A DNA stretch of 64,000 bases, taken from NCBI GenBank assembly GCA_018304425.1, contig JAGVWE010000002.1, positions 128,001 through 192,000 on the forward strand, given 5' to 3'. Shown here in pieces: positions 58,771 through 64,000 of the stretch; within the stretch, counting starts at the first letter, position 1, and each line of letters opens with the position of its first letter. The notes under the pieces are model-generated. The model was not told the origin of the DNA. It searched no databases and saw only the letters and a program-made list of their open reading frames with translations. The position numbers and the translations under genes were made by a program. Source of the stretch: Candidatus Iainarchaeum sp. Its GTDB lineage: Archaea > Iainarchaeota > Iainarchaeia > Iainarchaeales > UBA10219.

Positions 58771-58937
58771 GCACGGGCAACGAAAAGGCGACACCCGCTT
58801 AACCCAATAAAATATAACCCGGGAATCATTTATAACCCAATCGCTTGCCGGACCCGGAAGAAACAAGCCCCGGCCAGTGGTTACTCGTTTACTTGAAACA
58901 ATTAACTATTTATTCTTGTAGCGCCTAATAGTTCCAC

Positions 58938-59720
58938 ATGCACCCGAGGCTGCTGGCACTGGCTTTAACCCTGTGGTTCGCGGTAACCACCCTGGCGTTG
59001 TCGCCGACCAGCATGACCATCGCAATGGACATCGACAAGGATGGCGCGGCCCATGTCGTGGAAACCTATAAGATCCGGTTCGAGAACCGCGAGGAAATCG
59101 AGTTATTCAAGCAGGAAGCCAAGGAAAACGGTTCCAGCCTTATTTCGTGGAAGATCGATGAGCCCTGGTTTTTCCCCCACTTCGGGGATGAACGCAGCAT
59201 TTCGAGGTCCTTCGTGTTCTTCGACGAGGGCTTGAACCAGATTTCCCTGGACTACTTCATTACCGGTCAGTTCGCCACGCTTGTCGAGGACGCGTCCAGG
59301 GAAACCAAGTGGAAGATATCCGACCGCCAGCTGAAGTTCTTCTCCAAGGGCGGCCTACTGGTCGTGCCCGAAAACGTGACCATCCAAATCAACCTCCCGA
59401 CCGGGGCCCTCATTGCCCAGGAACAGTTGTCCTCGAAGGTCAAGCTCGAGGGAACCACGGCCCTCATCAGCGGCATCTCGACGAACTACGTCAACCTCCA
59501 GTACAGCATCCCCAAGCCCATCGCGCCGTTGAACATTTTCAGGGTCTTCGGGGAACTCCTGGGCGCGCACCTCTTCCTGGTGGCTGCCCTGCTCCTGCTC
59601 GGCATCGTCGTGGTCGTCTACAAGCGCGAAAAAATCGTGCAAAGAATCGAGAACTACATCATCGAGCACTCCGAAATAGAGTCCAAGGCAGAAGAAGACG
59701 AGCTCGAACTGGAAGGCTGA
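58938..59720 (+). CDS. Secreted protein with C-terminal membrane anchor
   Basis: Signal peptide, beta-rich ectodomain, TM helix, acidic tail. Confidence 0.75.
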   Translation: MHPRLLALALTLWFAVTTLALSPTSMTIAMDIDKDGAAHVVETYKIRFENREEIELFKQEAKENGSSLISWKIDEPWFFPHFGDERSISRSFVFFDEGLNQISLDYFITGQFATLVEDASRETKWKISDRQLKFFSKGGLLVVPENVTIQINLPTGALIAQEQLSSKVKLEGTTALISGISTNYVNLQYSIPKPIAPLNIFRVFGELLGAHLFLVAALLLLGIVVVVYKREKIVQRIENYIIEHSEIESKAEEDELELEG

Positions 59721-59728
59721 TGGGTGGA

Positions 59729-60475
59729 TTACTGGCCACCCAGTGCCCGCTTCATGCCGGCAGCAATTTTCGCAACCAACGCGAGGAACGCTGGGTCGGC
59801 ACGGTTTCTTGGCCTAGGCAGTGAAACGTCATGGGTTTGAACGATGGAAGCGGGTTTCGGCCCCATCACCAGGATGCGGTCACTCAAATACACGGCTTCT
59901 TCGACGTCATGCGTGACCATGAGGGTCGTGGTGTTTTTTTCCCCAACGAGGCCCAGCAAGTAGTCGTGGAGACGGTGGCGGGTGAGGAAGTCAAGGGAGG
60001 CAAAGGGCTCGTCTAGGAGCAGCAAATCAGGCAGGTTGACGAGGGCCCGCGCCATCGCGACGCGCTGGGCCATGCCACCAGACAGTTGTCGAGGGAACGC
60101 GTTTTCCCAGCCTTCAAGGCCCAAGAGCTGCAGGAGCTCATTGGCAATCGCGGTGGTTTTTTGCTCCGCTCCAAACAAGACGTTGTCGGCCACGGTAAGC
60201 CACGGCAGCAGGCGGTGTTCCTGGAACATGATGCCGCACGCCTGGGTCGGTGCACGCACGCTGTCTCCCTGCAACCGGACGACGCCGTCATAGGCGACGT
60301 CCAAACCCGAAATCGCGCGCAAGAGCGTCGACTTTCCGCAGCCGGTGGGCCCGAGAAGGGTAGTAAAGGAACGAGGCGGAATGGAAAACGCAACTTCCTG
60401 GAGGACCGGCCGAAACGGCTCGAATTGCTTCCTCTTGATGTGGACTTCCAAGAGCGGGGGCTTACGCGCCGGCAA
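59729..60475 (-). CDS. ssuB: Sulfonate/nitrate/taurine ABC transporter ATPase (SsuB-like)
   Basis: GPTGCGKS, FQEHRLLPW, LSGGMAQR, LLLDEPF, VTHD; TTG start with GGAGG RBS. Confidence 0.88.
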   Translation of the reverse strand: MPARKPPLLEVHIKRKQFEPFRPVLQEVAFSIPPRSFTTLLGPTGCGKSTLLRAISGLDVAYDGVVRLQGDSVRAPTQACGIMFQEHRLLPWLTVADNVLFGAEQKTTAIANELLQLLGLEGWENAFPRQLSGGMAQRVAMARALVNLPDLLLLDEPFASLDFLTRHRLHDYLLGLVGEKNTTTLMVTHDVEEAVYLSDRILVMGPKPASIVQTHDVSLPRPRNRADPAFLALVAKIAAGMKRALGGQ

Positions 60476-61241
60476 AACTATCCCTCCACGAAAGCAGGCG
60501 TTTTTCCAGCAGGGCCAGCAGCCGGTCGGACAAGCCTCCAAGCACGGCAATGGCAAGCATGCCGGCCAGCATGTCATCGGGCCGCGAAAAGTTCCTGGAA
60601 TCCCAGATGAGCCAGCCGAGGCCACGCGAGGACGCAATCAGTTCGGCGGCGATGAGGAGAATCCAGGACAAACCCAGGGAAACCCGCAGACCGGTCAAGA
60701 TGCCGGGCAAGGCACAGGGCAACAACACTTCCCACACCAAGGCGGGGCGACCCTTCTTGTAGGCGTGGGCCAGTTCGACCAGTTTCTGGTCGGCGGCGCG
60801 GACACCCTGGAAGGCGTGCAGGTAGACCACGACAAAGGATGCCAAGGCAATCAAGGCAATCTTGGAGCCCTCCCCTATGCCGAAGAACACGATGAGGAGT
60901 GGAATCCAGGCAATGGGAGGCACGGGGGCAAACGCTTGAAGGGTTGGCGCCAGGAAGGCTTCGGCCCGCTTGGAGACCCCGGTGAAGATGCCAAGGGCTG
61001 CGCCCAGGAGGCTTCCAAGGAAAAAACCCACCAACAAGCGGTAGAGGCTCGCTGACACGTGCACCAACAGTTGCCCGTTCGAGGCTAGGGAGAACAGGCT
61101 GCGCAGGACCTGGTCAGGGGGAGCCAGCAGACTGCTTGGAACCCAGGCAAAAGTTGTCACCATTTCCCAGCACGCGAGGAGGGCAACGGGCAGCAGCCAG
61201 GGCCTGGACCAACGAAGGAAAACGGACATGGGAGGGTTCAT
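60462..61241 (-). CDS. ssuC: Sulfonate ABC transporter permease (SsuC-like)
   Basis: HVSASLYR, PPIAWIPL, FGIGEGSK, AELIASSRGLG. Confidence 0.88.
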   Translation of the reverse strand: MNPPMSVFLRWSRPWLLPVALLACWEMVTTFAWVPSSLLAPPDQVLRSLFSLASNGQLLVHVSASLYRLLVGFFLGSLLGAALGIFTGVSKRAEAFLAPTLQAFAPVPPIAWIPLLIVFFGIGEGSKIALIALASFVVVYLHAFQGVRAADQKLVELAHAYKKGRPALVWEVLLPCALPGILTGLRVSLGLSWILLIAAELIASSRGLGWLIWDSRNFSRPDDMLAGMLAIAVLGGLSDRLLALLEKRLLSWRDSFAGA

Positions 61242-62203
61242 TGTAAATCGACGTCGATGAGGTCGGCAACCTGCACCCGATTCTTTATGAGGCCGGCATC
61301 AAAGAGGAAGTCAGCCTTGGCCTGGATGTCGTCGAGTTCTCTTTGGCCCAGGGCGGGCTGAAAGTCGTGCTTCGGCCAGGCTTCCCTGACGACCTCCAAG
61401 GGAAGGCCGAGTTCACCTGCGATGATTGACTGCGCTTGTTCCGGGTTATCGGCAATCCAGGACTGGGCGCGCCTGACTACCCCCAGCAAGTCGCGTGCAA
61501 GGCCCGGGTTTTCTTGGACGAAAGCGCCGCGCATGGCGACAATGCTTTGGATGAAGACGTCGCCGCCGGAAAGCGTGACGCCACGGCCTTCCACCACTTC
61601 CTGTTCAATCCAGGGTGGCCAGACCGCCCAGGCGTCAATCTGACCGGATTCAAAGGCTGCCTTGGCGTTGGGCGGGTTCATGTCCAGGAGCTCCACATCG
61701 GCCAGTGACAAGCCGCTTTGCTCAATCATCTTGACCACCCCATAATGGGAACTGGAACCGGAGAGGACCGCGACTTTCTTGCCGTGGAGGTCAGAGACCG
61801 AGCGGATGCCGCTTTCCTTTGGCACCACGACTTCCTGGACCAGGCTGACACCAACACCCTTAATGCGCACGTCAACGCCGGCCGCATAACCGATGATGGC
61901 AGGCGGTTCGGCTTCAAAGACTACGTCCAGGTTTTTGGTGGCAAGCGCTTCATTGATGGCGGGCAGCGATTGAAATTCCGTGTATTCAACGGTTTTGCCG
62001 TATTTGGAGGAAACTTCTTCAAACCAGCCCTGGTTCTTGGCCACGATGTAGGGAGCGTAATCGATGGCGCGGGAAAAAGTGCCGATGGACACGGTATCCC
62101 GACGCTGGGTTTCCGGTCCGGTCGGGCCGACGCAGCCGAAGAGCAACAACAAGAGGCCCAAGGCCAACAAAGTTTGTGCACACAGGCGAGGATTTCGCGA
62201 CAT
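61238..62203 (-). CDS. ssuA: Aliphatic sulfonate-type ABC substrate-binding lipoprotein (SsuA-like)
   Basis: Lipobox LFGC; DLHGKKVAV..GSSSH, AFESGQIDAWAVWPP. Confidence 0.82.
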   Translation of the reverse strand: MSRNPRLCAQTLLALGLLLLLFGCVGPTGPETQRRDTVSIGTFSRAIDYAPYIVAKNQGWFEEVSSKYGKTVEYTEFQSLPAINEALATKNLDVVFEAEPPAIIGYAAGVDVRIKGVGVSLVQEVVVPKESGIRSVSDLHGKKVAVLSGSSSHYGVVKMIEQSGLSLADVELLDMNPPNAKAAFESGQIDAWAVWPPWIEQEVVEGRGVTLSGGDVFIQSIVAMRGAFVQENPGLARDLLGVVRRAQSWIADNPEQAQSIIAGELGLPLEVVREAWPKHDFQPALGQRELDDIQAKADFLFDAGLIKNRVQVADLIDVDLQ

Positions 62204-62560
62204 TCAGGACACCAGCCAACTCCCGATGAGAAACGCGCCGACCAATATCGGGACGTGGTACTTCTCGAAGCGCGTGTTCTTGTCCAACACCAACAAGCCC
62301 AAATTGAACAGGCCGAATTCAAGGAAGGGCGCGCTTTTCCAGCCCATGAGCGACAGCATCCCCAGCAGCCCCCACAACAGGAGCATGAACGGAACAAACC
62401 GGGACAAGAGCTGCTTGTCGCCAGACAGCATGCCGAACAACACCAGCAGCAGGAACGCCAACGCCAGGTTTCCCATGACCAGGTTGATGAAAAACCCCAG
62501 GTTCAAGGTCAAGGCGTTTGCCAATGCTTCAAACAAGATGAAACCCATGATATCACCCAT
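62204..62560 (-). CDS. Small membrane protein, paralog 1
   Basis: Hydrophobic 118 aa; GWK and TRFEKY..P..SWLV motifs; abuts the ssuA start. Confidence 0.75.
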   Translation of the reverse strand: MGDIMGFILFEALANALTLNLGFFINLVMGNLALAFLLLVLFGMLSGDKQLLSRFVPFMLLLWGLLGMLSLMGWKSAPFLEFGLFNLGLLVLDKNTRFEKYHVPILVGAFLIGSWLVS

Positions 62561-62601
62561 TCACTATACAGGATGGTGCCTTGGAAGCTTATCTAATAAT
62601 G

Positions 62602-62619
62602 TGGTGTTGTACAACACCA
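62602..62619. promoter_or_regulatory. Perfect 18-bp palindrome, candidate TrmB operator
   Basis: TGGTGTTGTACAACACCA in the AT-rich divergent intergenic region. Confidence 0.7.
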
Positions 62620-62653
62620 TAACTTAATAAGAAGCTTGGGGGCATGAACGTGC

Positions 62654-63409
62654 ATGGACCTGACAGGCCTCAAGGAACTGGGCTGGAGCGAGGGCGAAGT
62701 CCGGGTGTACGCCGCGGTCCTCGAGTCCGGTATCGGTTCCCTGAACAAAATCCAGGAAAAGACGGGCATCGAGCGGAGAAACATCTATGACATATTGAAC
62801 AAGCTGATTGAGAAGGGGTTCGTGAGCTACACGCTGGAAAAGGGGAAAAAAACCTACCAATGCATCCACCCGGGAAAAATCCGGGAAGAAATCAGGCGGC
62901 GGACGACCGCGCTCCGGAAGCTGGAGGAAAAAATCCCCGAAGTCGAAGACCTGTTTGCCGCGCATAAGCCCAGCATCCGGGCCGAAGTCTACCGGGGTAA
63001 CGAAGGAATAAAGGCCTTGCTCGAAGAAGTCCTGGAATACGGGGAGTCCTACTGGATGGGCGGGAACAGTTTCGAGGATTACCAGGCCGTGCCAAAAGGG
63101 CTGCAAATCTGGTGGGAGAACTGGATGAAGCGCAGAGCCCAAGCCAAGCACCTCATGCACGACCTGGTCAGCTACGGCACCCACTTGAAGGGGCTGAAGC
63201 CCGGCGACGTCGAGGAACAAAAAAAGCAGTGCTACAAGTACTGCGCGCTGCCGAAGGGCCTCTACACCCCGATGGTCCTCATCGTTTTCGGCGACCGGGT
63301 GGCGCAGGTGCTTTGGAGCGCGCAGTCCTTCGCGTTTGTCCTCGAATCGGAGAAGATGCGGGACAGCTACCTGAAATACTTCAAGTACTTCTGGAAGGCG
63401 CCCTGGTAG
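62654..63409 (+). CDS. TrmB-family transcriptional regulator
   Basis: LKELGWSEGEVRVY..RRNIYDILNKLIEKGFV; EVYRGNEGIK; YFKYFW. Confidence 0.9.
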   Translation: MDLTGLKELGWSEGEVRVYAAVLESGIGSLNKIQEKTGIERRNIYDILNKLIEKGFVSYTLEKGKKTYQCIHPGKIREEIRRRTTALRKLEEKIPEVEDLFAAHKPSIRAEVYRGNEGIKALLEEVLEYGESYWMGGNSFEDYQAVPKGLQIWWENWMKRRAQAKHLMHDLVSYGTHLKGLKPGDVEEQKKQCYKYCALPKGLYTPMVLIVFGDRVAQVLWSAQSFAFVLESEKMRDSYLKYFKYFWKAPW

Positions 63410-63485
63410 CTGGTGCTTTCCCCGCCTGCCCGCTTGCCCCCGCCAGGGGGTCAGAGCGCCTGCCCCGCTAGGGGGCCCGCCCCGG

Positions 63486-63845
63486 TTAAGGGGTAATCAG
63501 CCAGCTCAGCGTAAAGTAGATGATGGCCACCAGCGGGAACTGGTATTTCTTCAGGCGCGTGCCCGCAATCAGGATGACGGTGCCGAACAGGGCCACATTC
63601 CACAAGAAGAATTGCTCTTGGTGGAACAACTTCCAGCCGGCCACTGCGGCGACGTCGAGCACCGCGTAGAGGACGAACGCGTACCAGATGAACTTGGGGA
63701 TGCTCTCCCGATAGCTCTTGTAATCAAACCAGACCCAGGCAAACAAGAAAAACATCACAACCAGGGGGAGGAACTCGAGGAGTAGGTCATCCGCCACCCA
63801 GGAAAAGTCCAGGCCCACCACGTGGCTGAGCAGGCGCATCAGCAT
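63486..63845 (-). CDS. Small membrane protein, paralog 2
   Basis: GWK and TRLKKY..P..SWLI motifs shared with 62204..62560; GGAGG upstream of ATG 63845. Confidence 0.75.
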   Translation of the reverse strand: MLMRLLSHVVGLDFSWVADDLLLEFLPLVVMFFLFAWVWFDYKSYRESIPKFIWYAFVLYAVLDVAAVAGWKLFHQEQFFLWNVALFGTVILIAGTRLKKYQFPLVAIIYFTLSWLITP

Positions 63846-63872
63846 GCGGGAACCGCCTCCCAAGTAGCGCCA

Positions 63873-63967
63873 TTCGCAAACCTTTCGTAAAAAGAGCGAG
63901 GCCGAAAGGCCGAGCAAGGCCTATGCGCAGCATAGGCCGTTTTCGCAAACCTTTTGTAAAAAGGTTT
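63873..63967. repeat. Intergenic direct repeat enclosing hairpins
   Basis: TTCGCAAACCTTT[C/T]GTAAAAAG at 63873-63894 and 63942-63963; internal GGCCGAAAGGCC and GGCCTATGCGCAGCATAGGCC. Confidence 0.75.
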
Positions 63968-63971
63968 CATG

Positions 63972-64000
63972 TCAGGTCACCAGCCAGCTCCCGATGAAGA
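63972..64000 (-). CDS. 3' end of a third small membrane protein paralog (truncated by window edge)
   Basis: Reads ...FIGSWLVT-stop, matching ...LIGSWLVS-stop of 62204..62560 at DNA and protein level. Confidence 0.6.

Noticed and set aside
63873-63963. CRISPR-like repeat pair
   Set aside because: Only two 22-bp copies, the spacer is itself palindromic, and no cas genes in the window

Overview
GC-rich archaeal chromosomal segment. It is most consistent with a DPANN archaeon such as Iainarchaeota/Diapherotrites or Micrarchaeota (inference from separate PriS and PriL, RpiB, expanded TrmB-like regulators, many Cys-rich lipoproteins and a Methanococcus-type S-layer protein). The backbone is housekeeping: rpl10e, dph2, pyrH, aRF1, truD, an AglH-like GPT, S-layer, EndoQ, PAC2, aIF2-alpha, GINS, priS, priL, two PCNA paralogs, SSB, rpiB, rpoL, csl4, signal peptidase, LonB and RNase Z. 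Orphan and surface-protein genes are interspersed. The clearest unusual feature is a 144-aa mini-intein inserted exactly between the Gln and Ser of the catalytic GGQ-S motif of release factor aRF1. Other notable items: a 1583-aa secreted protein with a gingipain (C25)-like catalytic domain, a set of leaderless Arg-rich orphan genes, two orphan genes split by homopolymer frameshifts, a Cys-repeat plus double pseudo-DsbA surface operon, a divergent second PCNA, and a bacterial-type sulfonate ABC transporter embedded among paralogous small membrane genes and a TrmB regulator with a palindromic operator. I recognised no tRNA, rRNA, CRISPR array or transposase. All family calls come from motifs read by eye, not from database searches.
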